A stretch of 56,061 nt of DNA from contig JAFTCY010000139.1 in assembly GCA_017454465.1 (NCBI GenBank), positions 1-56,061 of the forward strand, given 5' to 3'. A program made the translations under genes and the position numbers. This document shows positions 27,119-35,016 of this stretch, piece after piece. Positions within the stretch are counted from its first letter, which is position 1; each line of letters begins with the position of its first letter. The DNA comes from Clostridia bacterium. GTDB lineage: Bacteria; Bacillota; Clostridia; Oscillospirales; CAG-272. The notes beneath the pieces are model-generated. The model was not told the DNA's origin, did no database searches, and saw nothing but the letters and a program-made list of their open reading frames with translations.

Positions 27119-28399
27119 TCAGTTTGCTGATGTCTTTCTGTATTTTGAATAAAGCTGTGTGCCCTTGCTGGATGTGTAATCGAAGAAGGATTCCACGGTC
27201 TCAGCCGCCGGATGGTAGCTGCAGGGGCAGATTATGACTTTCTTTTCATATCTCAGGGAGGCTTTCACCAGATCATATATCTCGTAGAAATCCTCGATGA
27301 CAAAATTGCTTTCCACAATGGAATCGTACGGTTCGGTCAGCCCCTCGTTGGCCGCCCCCACCGCGGGGTAGAGAACGAAATAGTCTCCGTACTGTGTGGT
27401 CCCCCTGGGGTTCGTCACGGCGTTGGCCATGTTTTCCATGTCGTACCAGCGGTTGCTGGTGGTAAGCAGCTGGATCAGGGTGCATTTCAGGGTGTATTCG
27501 TTAAGGGACGCCAGATTCTCATAGTACCTGCTGGCCGCGCTGATGGCGTATCCCTGCTTCTCGCTGAGTTCGGAAGAACTGTCTTCCCTGGCGGAAAGCA
27601 CATCGTAGAGCACGTCGCCGCTCAGGTTCACATACCCCGCCGACAGAACGAACTGGTTCGCCCTCTTGACCGTTCTCCTGGTGCCGCTCTCGGGGTCTGT
27701 TTCCTCTATGTCCTTCTGGGACTTGAACGTGTTGTATATCCCGTCGTTGTATATCGTAAGGGGAAGGTCTATCCCCACGGTGTTTGTCAGCTGCACGAAC
27801 TCGTCCAGGTTGTACCCGTTCACAAGGAAGGTATAGTCTATGCTGCACCCGGTTATCGAGTAGACATACTGGGAGATCTTGTCCATTCCGAAAAGCGCAA
27901 GAGCCTCGCCCAGGGATTTGTATCCGAATTCCGTTGAGACTCTGATCTTCGGGGAGATATATGAATACACCACTTCCTCATTTTCCTTGTCCACCCGTAT
28001 GAAGATGATGGAAGAGGCTCTCCAGTCCCTGTATTCCTTTGAAAGGTACCCCATCAGGCTCACCGGGTCCATGGCCGCCCAGTCCATGCTGTACATGGCG
28101 CTCATGGAAGGCTTGTAATCATAATACCTTTCCGGCCTGTAGTCTGATGTGACGAACAGCATGTTGAAGCTCTTGCCGTAGATCTCATCGGCAACTCCCG
28201 GATCGTCCGACCCGGTATCCGTGTCCGGATCTGTTTCCTTGGTCTCGTTGTTTATGATACTGTCAAGCTCTGTTCTCTCATCGGCCAGTATGTCACGGAT
28301 CGTCCCGGTGATCATTCTGGTGGCGAAAAAGGCTATCACGCCGAAGATCAGCAGGGCTATCAGAAGCGTTATGCCGAAGTTTTTCAAGGCAGATGCCAT
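27119..28399 (-). CDS. membrane-anchored extracytoplasmic protein, possibly a divergent LytR-CpsA-Psr (LCP) fold
   Basis: N-terminal TM (ITLLIALLIFGVIAFFA). ...FNMLFVTSDYRP... and ...IIFIRVDKENEEVVYSYISPKIRV... loosely resemble LCP core strands. SD is AAAGGAG. Confidence 0.4.
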   Translation of the reverse strand: MASALKNFGITLLIALLIFGVIAFFATRMITGTIRDILADERTELDSIINNETKETDPDTDTGSDDPGVADEIYGKSFNMLFVTSDYRPERYYDYKPSMSAMYSMDWAAMDPVSLMGYLSKEYRDWRASSIIFIRVDKENEEVVYSYISPKIRVSTEFGYKSLGEALALFGMDKISQYVYSITGCSIDYTFLVNGYNLDEFVQLTNTVGIDLPLTIYNDGIYNTFKSQKDIEETDPESGTRRTVKRANQFVLSAGYVNLSGDVLYDVLSAREDSSSELSEKQGYAISAASRYYENLASLNEYTLKCTLIQLLTTSNRWYDMENMANAVTNPRGTTQYGDYFVLYPAVGAANEGLTEPYDSIVESNFVIEDFYEIYDLVKASLRYEKKVIICPCSYHPAAETVESFFDYTSSKGTQLYSKYRKTSAN

Positions 28400-28440
28400 A
28401 CGAACACACTCCTTTCACAGATTTTCCCAATATATGGTGT

Positions 28441-28469
28441 ATTGTACATCAAAAAGGCCGTTTTTGCAA
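28441..28469 (-). promoter_or_regulatory. promoter TTGCAA-17-TACAAT for the LCP-like/glyQS unit
   Basis: On the minus strand, ttgcaa (28464-28469), a 17-nt spacer and tacaat (28441-28446), about 40 nt upstream of the ATG at 28399. Confidence 0.6.
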
Positions 28470-28499
28470 TACATATTGTGTTATCAGGCCTGTTTCGCC

Positions 28500-28529
28500 T
28501 TGACTTTGGAACAGGTGAGAATGTATAAT
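28500..28529 (+). promoter_or_regulatory. promoter-like TTGACT-18-TATAAT overlapping the queH ATG
   Basis: ttgact 28500-28505 and tataat 28524-28529. The only in-frame ATG of queH (28521) sits just before and inside this -10 region. Confidence 0.4.
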
Positions 28530-29228
28530 CTCAGCGTACGGAAAAGCGGCGGAAAGGAGGCGGCTGAAACGAAAAACAGGATCAATTATTACAGGATATT
28601 TGAAGAGACCCTCAGGGAAGCGGATCTTTCGGCGGAAAACGGGAAAAAGCCCTCTCTGCTGCTCCATGCCTGCTGCGCCCCCTGCTCTTCCCATGTTCTC
28701 GAGTGCCTGTCCGGACACTTTGAGATAACCATGTTCTACTACAACCCCAACATCTCGCCCGAACCCGAGTTCAAGACCAGGCTGAACGAGCTGTCAAGGT
28801 TCCTGAAGGACGCAGGGTACGGATACGGGATAGAGAGCCCGCCATATGTGAAGGAAGAGTTCGACCGTGCCGTGTCGGGACTTGAACAGCTCGGTGAGGG
28901 CTCAAAAAGGTGTTACCGCTGCTACGAGCTCCGGCTGAGGAAGACCGCCGAGGCGGCTCTTTCCGGCGGGTTCAGCTTTTTCACCACGACCCTGTCCATA
29001 AGTCCCTACAAGAATTCGGAGTGGCTGAACGAGATAGGGATCAGACTCGAAAAAGAGTACGGAGTGAGATACCTGTGCTCCGATTTCAAGAAGAAGAACG
29101 GATACAAAAGATCGATAGAACTGTCAGAGAAATACGGGCTCTACCGCCAGGACTACTGCGGCTGCGAATACAGCCGGAAAGAGGCGGAGAGCAGAAGGAA
29201 AAGCAGAAGCGAAAGCTTTCCCGGCTAG
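28521..29228 (+). CDS. queH: epoxyqueuosine reductase QueH (DUF208)
   Basis: ...INYYRIFEETL...KPSLLLHACCAPCSSHVLE...FYYNPNISP...DYCGCEYS... is canonical QueH. The track ORF from 28221 is an antisense extension into the neighbouring gene. The exact start is ambiguous (see finding). Confidence 0.85.
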   Translation: MYNLSVRKSGGKEAAETKNRINYYRIFEETLREADLSAENGKKPSLLLHACCAPCSSHVLECLSGHFEITMFYYNPNISPEPEFKTRLNELSRFLKDAGYGYGIESPPYVKEEFDRAVSGLEQLGEGSKRCYRCYELRLRKTAEAALSGGFSFFTTTLSISPYKNSEWLNEIGIRLEKEYGVRYLCSDFKKKNGYKRSIELSEKYGLYRQDYCGCEYSRKEAESRRKSRSESFPG

Positions 29229-29242
29229 ATAAGCAAAATTTC

Positions 29243-29277
29243 GCCCCTGTCTTCGCAAGGAAGGCAGGGGCTTTTCA
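29243..29277. terminator. rho-independent terminator between convergent queH and GH3 genes
   Basis: Stem gcccctg-t-cttc / gaag-g-caggggc (29243-29271) followed by TTTTCAT. A weaker T tract is present on the opposite strand. Confidence 0.8.
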
Positions 29278-29289
29278 TATATGCTGTTC

Positions 29290-31767
29290 TTATTTCCCGG
29301 ATAGGTACGTATAGGTCCTGTAGACTATAAGGATCGCCTGTTCTGTCGTCAGGTCTCCTCCCGGGGAGAATCTGGCGTTGCCCACGCCCTTGATGATCCC
29401 GGCGTAGACCGGCCATCCCAACTCTGGTCCCACCCACTCGTAATTGCCCGTTATGTCAGTGAAACCGAAATCCGTCTTGTCTCCTTCGGTAGTATCAATG
29501 CCGCACAGACGGGCTATCCTGTTGATGATGGCTGCGATATGGGCTCTCTTCAGCGTGCCTTCGGGCGTGAACTTGTTCTCGGAAGTGCCGTTGATCACTC
29601 CAAGGGCATTGGCCGAGAAGACATCCCTGTCAGACGTGTCGGTGAACTTCTCAGTGTCCACTGAAAGACCCTTTTCATCTATGATGTCATCCACAGTCTT
29701 TCCGAGGATCTTTTCGATGAGATTGATGAACAGCCTCGTGACCTGTCCTCTGGTGACGGGTCTTCTGTATTCCTTCTGCAGCTCAGCGGGGACCAGGCCC
29801 TCGGAGACAGCGGCTTCCACTTCCTCCACCGCCCAGTCTGACGGGGTGTTCTCAAATCCCTTGTATCTGAGGCCGAATCCTCTCCTGTACAGGACAGTGT
29901 CAGTAAATCTGTATTCCTGATCCAGGGCGGGGATGTTCAGCGGCAGCTTGCCCACAGGGCTCTCGTCGTCCTTGAACATGAGGTAGAGGGCCGCGGGCAT
30001 GTTCGGGCCGTATTTCGGGATACCGGTCTCTCTTACCCTGGGATCCTCGCTCATGGCCTGGGACGAATAAGCGAGCACCATGGCGTCTGCGCCTGTGTAC
30101 CGGGCCGCGTCATAGGGAAGCCTGATGCTCATCGCCACGAACCTGCCGCCGTTTGAGTGAACGTATTCCATGATCCGGTCCACCAGCACGGAATCGCTGT
30201 CGTAAAGTCCGCTGATGCTGCTGGTAAAGGTGCTGGCTATAACGTATTCGGATCCGCTTATGGACGGGATCAGATCTTCAAATGTCTTGTTCGCGTATGA
30301 TACGATCCGGAAATCGCATTCCGGGGAAACATACCCTTCCTCACGCAGTCTCTCGTAGGCGTACTGCATGGAGAGCACGGCGCCGTCGGTAGCTGTCAGA
30401 ACGGTCACAGCCTTGACGCCACGTGGCACCGGCAGGGTGTCATTGTCATTCTTGACGAGGGTGATGGCCTTTTTGGTGATCTCCCATTCGATCTCATGGT
30501 GTTCTCTGGAGCCGACCGTGGACACGGCGCGCTCCACCATGGCCTCCACGTCCCCTCCTTCATACTTGTTGAGAAGGCCTTTTCTCTCCTTCAGTTTCAG
30601 TATGCGGTATACCGCCGCGTCGATCTTGTCCATGGGAAGAGTGCCGTTTTCCGCCATGGCCACAAGGTCCGCGATATATCTGTCAAACTGGGCGTATCCC
30701 TCTTCGCTGCTGAGATCCACAGGCATGAGCACTATGTCGACGCCTGCTTCAACAGCCAGCGCGAAGGAATCAAGAGGCCTGAAGTGCTTGGCGATGGCGT
30801 CCATGTTCATGGCGTCCGTCACCACCACTCCCTCAAATCCCATGTCGCCTCTGAGAATGTCTGTGATGATGGTCTTCGAAAGGGTAGCCGGCAAAAAGAT
30901 CTGCTCGCCGGTGGTAATGGATGTGTACTGCTTCGTCTCTATCCGGGGATACTGGATATGGGCGGTCATTATCATTTCCGTCCCGGCGTCCACGCATGCC
31001 TTGAAAGGAACGAGGTCGCTGTTTTTCAGTTCCTCATATGTCTTGTTTATGACCACCATCCCGGTGTGGGAATCGGTGGCTGTGTCCCCGTGTCCCGGGA
31101 AATGCTTCAGCGTGGCGATGACGCCCGTGGAATCCAGGCCTCTCATAAGGCTGACGCTCTGCTCTGCCACATACGCCGGGTCGTCAGAGAACGACCTGAC
31201 TCCAATAACGGGGTTGTATGGGTTGCTGTTGACGTCGACCACCGGGGCAAAATCCATGTTGAATCCCAAAGCTGCCAGTTCCTCTCCCATGAGTCTGCCG
31301 GTCCGCTCAGTCTCCTGGAGGTCTCCCACGGCTCCCAGAGCCATGTTGCCGCCCATGGACGTGCCCTGTCCCAGTCTGGTCACGATGCCGCCTTCCTGGT
31401 CCACGGCTGTGAAGAGCTGGGCTCTTCCCTCACTGCCTGCCAGGTTCGCCTTCTGCATGGCGTCAAGGAGACGCACGGTCTTTTCGTTATTGGCCGCGTT
31501 CTGCGCGAACAGGATGACGCCTGAGAAATAGTATCTGGAAAGCGTTCCGGCGATCCGGTCGCTGATCTCCTCCACTCCCACCAGCTTGCCGTCCACCGTG
31601 GCGTATCTGAATGTGGGCATGAGCATCTGGGTTATCTTTTCTTCCGTGGAGAGCCCGTTAAGGATATCACGGCTTACGTCGGTCTCATCCGCTGACACGA
31701 ATATCACAGCTCCCTGGATGATCAGGAGAGCGAGGGCAAGAGCGAGTATTTTTCTGATCTTTTTCAT
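29290..31767 (-). CDS. secreted GH3 beta-N-acetylhexosaminidase-like enzyme with C-terminal SLH domains
   Basis: Signal peptide (MKKIRKILALALALLIIQGAVIFVSA), GH3 motif KHFPGHGDT, and C-terminal SLH repeats (...FTDTSDRDVFSANALGVINGT..., ...FTDITGNYEWVG...). The ATG at 31767 follows GAGGTGG. Confidence 0.85.
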   Translation of the reverse strand: MKKIRKILALALALLIIQGAVIFVSADETDVSRDILNGLSTEEKITQMLMPTFRYATVDGKLVGVEEISDRIAGTLSRYYFSGVILFAQNAANNEKTVRLLDAMQKANLAGSEGRAQLFTAVDQEGGIVTRLGQGTSMGGNMALGAVGDLQETERTGRLMGEELAALGFNMDFAPVVDVNSNPYNPVIGVRSFSDDPAYVAEQSVSLMRGLDSTGVIATLKHFPGHGDTATDSHTGMVVINKTYEELKNSDLVPFKACVDAGTEMIMTAHIQYPRIETKQYTSITTGEQIFLPATLSKTIITDILRGDMGFEGVVVTDAMNMDAIAKHFRPLDSFALAVEAGVDIVLMPVDLSSEEGYAQFDRYIADLVAMAENGTLPMDKIDAAVYRILKLKERKGLLNKYEGGDVEAMVERAVSTVGSREHHEIEWEITKKAITLVKNDNDTLPVPRGVKAVTVLTATDGAVLSMQYAYERLREEGYVSPECDFRIVSYANKTFEDLIPSISGSEYVIASTFTSSISGLYDSDSVLVDRIMEYVHSNGGRFVAMSIRLPYDAARYTGADAMVLAYSSQAMSEDPRVRETGIPKYGPNMPAALYLMFKDDESPVGKLPLNIPALDQEYRFTDTVLYRRGFGLRYKGFENTPSDWAVEEVEAAVSEGLVPAELQKEYRRPVTRGQVTRLFINLIEKILGKTVDDIIDEKGLSVDTEKFTDTSDRDVFSANALGVINGTSENKFTPEGTLKRAHIAAIINRIARLCGIDTTEGDKTDFGFTDITGNYEWVGPELGWPVYAGIIKGVGNARFSPGGDLTTEQAILIVYRTYTYLSGK

Positions 31768-31778
31768 ATCAATCCACC

Positions 31779-33149
31779 TCATTCTACAGGATCCGGGCAG
31801 GTATACAGGGTGATATCCCTGAATTCCGCACGGTCTCTTGCCGATGTCACGAAAATAAATATCTTGTCAAGATAGAAGTCCCTGAGTTTGCATATCTTCT
31901 TGTGGCCTACCGTGAAGCCCTCGAAGAACTGCTCGTCTCCGTCCTTGTAGGCGATATGGAAGTTCTCCACTCTCTGCCCGAAATTCTCGATGTCCTCTCT
32001 CAGGACAACGTATCTGATCCTCTGGTTCCCGTTTTTGAACTTCAGGGTGAACTTTGACTGGGTGGGGCTCACGTCCTCCCTCGTCAGTTCGTAATCTATC
32101 TTCTTTTCCTCCGCGAATTCAGAACTGATGAGGTCGCCCAGTTCCTTCAGTCTGGCGATGTCCCTTGGATCCAGCCTGCCGCTGGGCATCGGCGGAACGT
32201 TCAGGTTGAAGGAAGTGTTGTTTCCAACTGAGTTCAGGTACGTATTGAACAGCCTCTCAAGGGAATGGGCCTCCTGGCTGGGATGGTAGAACCAGCCCGG
32301 ACGCATGGACATGTCGATCTCGGCTCCCGCGAATACCAGTCCCCTGGAGTACATTATATTATTGATCTCGCCGATGTTGCCATCGTAGTTCTGGATAAAG
32401 TCAAGGGAACCCTGGTCAACCATCGGGCCTTCCCCTGTCTGGGTCTCGCACCTGAAGCACAGTTCCTTCGGCACCACCGCCCATTCTCCGCGTCTCGCGT
32501 TGCCGCCCTCGTTCCCGCACCAGCGGACATCCGGGCCGTGGTCGTTGAAGATGACCGCGTTGGGCTGGTATTTTCTTATAAGCTCTATGTATCTCGGGAA
32601 ATCGTATACCTGCTTTCTGCCGCCGGGGCCCTCAAAGCAGGCGCCGTCGAACCACAGCATGAACAGCTCGCCGTAGCCCGTCAGCAGCTCCTCCAGCTGG
32701 TGGCAGTAGAAATCGTTGTACTCGTCAGTACCGTATGACTTGGCGTTCCTGTCCCAGGGGGAGAGATACACGCCGAACTTGATGCCGCCGCGCCTGCAGG
32801 CTTCGGCGCACTCTTTGACGACGTCGCCTTTACCGTCCTTCCACAGCTTGCTGTTTTTGACGCAGTGTTCAGTGTACTTGGAAGGCCACAGGCAGAATCC
32901 GTCATGGTGCTTGGCCGTAAGGACTATGCCCTTCATGCCCGCCGCTTTCACCGCCTCGACCCACTCGTCGCAGTTCAGGTCGTAGGGATTGAACAGCATC
33001 TCGTCCTCAGTCCCGTCTCCGATCTCGGCGTCAAGGGCCGTGGGCATGGTAAAGTGGACGAAGGCGTAGAATTCAGTCTCGTACCAGTTCATCTGTCTTT
33101 TGGTCGGCTTAACGTTGGCCGCTTCTTTGAGAAAAGCTTTGAGTTCCAT
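31779..33149 (-). CDS. alpha-L-fucosidase (GH29), no signal peptide
   Basis: ...QMNWYETEFYAFVHF..., ...VLTAKHHDGFCLWPSKYT..., ...YLSPWD... are GH29 hallmarks. SD is AGGGGG. Confidence 0.9.
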   Translation of the reverse strand: MELKAFLKEAANVKPTKRQMNWYETEFYAFVHFTMPTALDAEIGDGTEDEMLFNPYDLNCDEWVEAVKAAGMKGIVLTAKHHDGFCLWPSKYTEHCVKNSKLWKDGKGDVVKECAEACRRGGIKFGVYLSPWDRNAKSYGTDEYNDFYCHQLEELLTGYGELFMLWFDGACFEGPGGRKQVYDFPRYIELIRKYQPNAVIFNDHGPDVRWCGNEGGNARRGEWAVVPKELCFRCETQTGEGPMVDQGSLDFIQNYDGNIGEINNIMYSRGLVFAGAEIDMSMRPGWFYHPSQEAHSLERLFNTYLNSVGNNTSFNLNVPPMPSGRLDPRDIARLKELGDLISSEFAEEKKIDYELTREDVSPTQSKFTLKFKNGNQRIRYVVLREDIENFGQRVENFHIAYKDGDEQFFEGFTVGHKKICKLRDFYLDKIFIFVTSARDRAEFRDITLYTCPDPVE

Positions 33150-33166
33150 AATTCCCCCTGAATAGA

Positions 33167-33577
33167 TTAAAAGATAATTCTCACATCAAACTTCCCGCCG
33201 CATTTCGGGCACTTGACAGTATGCCTGCCCGTGACTTTCGGAAGCTTTATCAGTGCCTTGCAGTGCCTGCATTTTCTGTATCTGGCGGTCTTTATGTCCC
33301 TGATCCTGTCCTTCAGGAGCAGTATCTCCCTCTTTACCGGATTGAAGAATTTAAGGAAGAAGGCGTTTTCCTTCCTTCTGGCCTCTATATTCTTCGACAT
33401 GGACCTGAATATCATGAGAAGCATTATGACGATGCTTATGACATAAAAAACTGGGTGCCTCACGATCAGTCCCGCCACGGAGATGATGATCCAGATGGCA
33501 AACATGAAATAGTACAGGTGATCCGTACCGTACCTCCCGTACAGGAATCTTACAAGTTTATCACGGAAATTTCCCAT
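33167..33577 (-). CDS. small membrane protein with C-terminal zinc ribbon
   Basis: Two TM segments followed by CRHC...CPKC (CxxC-x16-CxxC). The ATG at 33577 lies 5 nt after GGAGG; the longer GTG start at 33607 lacks an SD. Confidence 0.55.
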   Translation of the reverse strand: MGNFRDKLVRFLYGRYGTDHLYYFMFAIWIIISVAGLIVRHPVFYVISIVIMLLMIFRSMSKNIEARRKENAFFLKFFNPVKREILLLKDRIRDIKTARYRKCRHCKALIKLPKVTGRHTVKCPKCGGKFDVRIIF

Positions 33578-33624
33578 TCTGACCTCCGGAGCGGGGCGCC
33601 TCTGCACCTCATCCGCCTGCTGAA

Positions 33625-33653
33625 ATTATATCGTCAACGGACGGTGATGTCAA
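33625..33653 (-). promoter_or_regulatory. consensus promoter TTGACA-17-TATAAT for the Zn-ribbon/GH29/GH3 unit
   Basis: On the minus strand, ttgaca (33648-33653), exactly 17 nt, then tataat (33625-33630). Confidence 0.65.
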
Positions 33654-33740
33654 TAATGATTTTCTTCGTCTTTCCCCGTCCGGCAGCGCTCCGGCGCTGT
33701 ATGTTTCATGCATATTTATACTGATTTTTTCGTCAAAACG

Positions 33741-33769
33741 TTGCAAATATGCGTTATCTGCTCTATAAT
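33741..33769 (+). promoter_or_regulatory. promoter TTGCAA-17-TATAAT for ilvE
   Basis: ttgcaa 33741-33746 and tataat 33764-33769. The predicted TSS falls just upstream of the GGAGG at 33787-33791. Confidence 0.65.
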
Positions 33770-33798
33770 ATAGAAAATTTATGCACGGAGGCTCAGAC

Positions 33799-34869
33799 AT
33801 GCTGAACATCAGAATCGAAAAGACGCCTTCTCCGAAGACGAAACCCGACTACTCGAAACTTGGATTTGGAAGATATTTCACCGACCACATGTTCCTTATG
33901 AACTATTCAACGGACAAAGGATGGCACGACCCGAGGATCGTCCCCTACGGTCCCATAGAACTGGATCCCTCAGCCATGGTATTCCACTACGCCCAGGAGC
34001 TGTTCGAAGGCCTTAAGGCCTACAGAAGAGCCGACGGCGGGATCCAGCTGTTCAGACCCAACAAGAATATCGAGAGGATGGAGAACACCTGCGACCGTCT
34101 CTGTGTTCCCAGGATCCCGGAGGAAGACGTGCTCCAGGCCATCAAGGCCGTAGTGAGCGCGGACCGCGACTGGGTGCCCACCTCAGAAGGAACTTCCCTG
34201 TACATCCGTCCCTTCATCATAGCCACCGACCCCCAGCTGGGCGTTCATCCTTCACACACATACCTGTTCGCCATCATCCTTTCCCCTGTGGGATCCTATT
34301 ACGCCGCCGGCATCAACCCGGTAAAGATCTATGTGGAGAGAGAATATGTAAGATGCGTAAAGGGCGGTACCGGCAGAGCGAAGGCAGGCGGAAACTACGC
34401 CGCTTCCCTGATCGGCCAGCAGAGAGCCGAGGACATGGGCTGCGCCCAGGTGCTGTGGCTTGACGGCGTGCACAGGAAGTACATAGACGAAGTCGGAGCG
34501 ATGAACGTGTTCTTCGTGATCGACGGCGTGGTGGTGACACCTGAGCTCACCGACGGAAATATCCTTCCGGGAGTTACCAGGGCCTCCTGCGTGGAACTTC
34601 TTAAGAAATGGGGAGTTCCGGTGGAGGAAAGAAAAGTATCCATAGACGAGGTCCTTGAAGCCGCCGACAACGGCAAGCTGGACGAAGCCTTCGGAACAGG
34701 CACCGCGGCTGTGATCTCTCCCGTGGGAGAACTCTACGACGGCGACCGCGAGATCGTGATCAACAACAACGAGATCGGTCCCATCTCAAAGAGGCTCTAT
34801 GACGCCATCACAGGCATCCAGTGGGGCAAGGCCGAAGACATCATGGGATGGATCGAGAAGATCGACTGA
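33799..34869 (+). CDS. ilvE: branched-chain amino acid aminotransferase
   Basis: ...LGFGRYFTDHMF..., ...YAQELFEGLKAY..., ...KAGGNYAASL... are class IV aminotransferase features. The ATG at 33799 lies 7 nt after GGAGG; the ATG at 33781 would have no room for a leader. Confidence 0.9.
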   Translation: MLNIRIEKTPSPKTKPDYSKLGFGRYFTDHMFLMNYSTDKGWHDPRIVPYGPIELDPSAMVFHYAQELFEGLKAYRRADGGIQLFRPNKNIERMENTCDRLCVPRIPEEDVLQAIKAVVSADRDWVPTSEGTSLYIRPFIIATDPQLGVHPSHTYLFAIILSPVGSYYAAGINPVKIYVEREYVRCVKGGTGRAKAGGNYAASLIGQQRAEDMGCAQVLWLDGVHRKYIDEVGAMNVFFVIDGVVVTPELTDGNILPGVTRASCVELLKKWGVPVEERKVSIDEVLEAADNGKLDEAFGTGTAAVISPVGELYDGDREIVINNNEIGPISKRLYDAITGIQWGKAEDIMGWIEKID

Positions 34870-34886
34870 CGGAATGAACGGAATAT

Positions 34887-34935
34887 ATGGCAGAGGCTGT
34901 GATCATATCACTGAAAAGCCCCTGCCATTTTTTTA
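34887..34935 (+). terminator. ilvE rho-independent terminator
   Basis: Long imperfect hairpin atggcagaggctgtgat-cat-atcac...gcccctgccat followed by T7 (34929-34935). Confidence 0.7.
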
Positions 34936-34941
34936 ATGGAT

Positions 34942-34981
34942 AAAAAAGACCGCCCCGCGGCCGTTCATGACCGCGGAGCGG
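34942..34981 (-). terminator. fumC rho-independent terminator
   Basis: On the minus strand, ccgctccgcgg...ccgcggggcgg is followed by TCTTTTTT (A-run at 34942-34947 on the + strand). Confidence 0.7.
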
Positions 34982-35016
34982 AGCAATCTTCCTTATGTAT
35001 TTGTCCGGGACACGTC

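Noticed and set aside
27104-27400. Possible T-box leader hidden in the 3' end of the LCP-like ORF (ccccaccgcgggg at ~27355)
   Set aside because: The orientation and sequence do not match the T-box 14-mer on the minus strand. The region keeps an open reading frame with normal-looking codon usage up to 15 nt before glyQS.
28221-28520. N-terminal 100 codons of the 335-aa queH track ORF
   Set aside because: It is antisense to the LCP-like gene and crosses the divergent promoter region. QueH homology begins only after the ATG at 28521.
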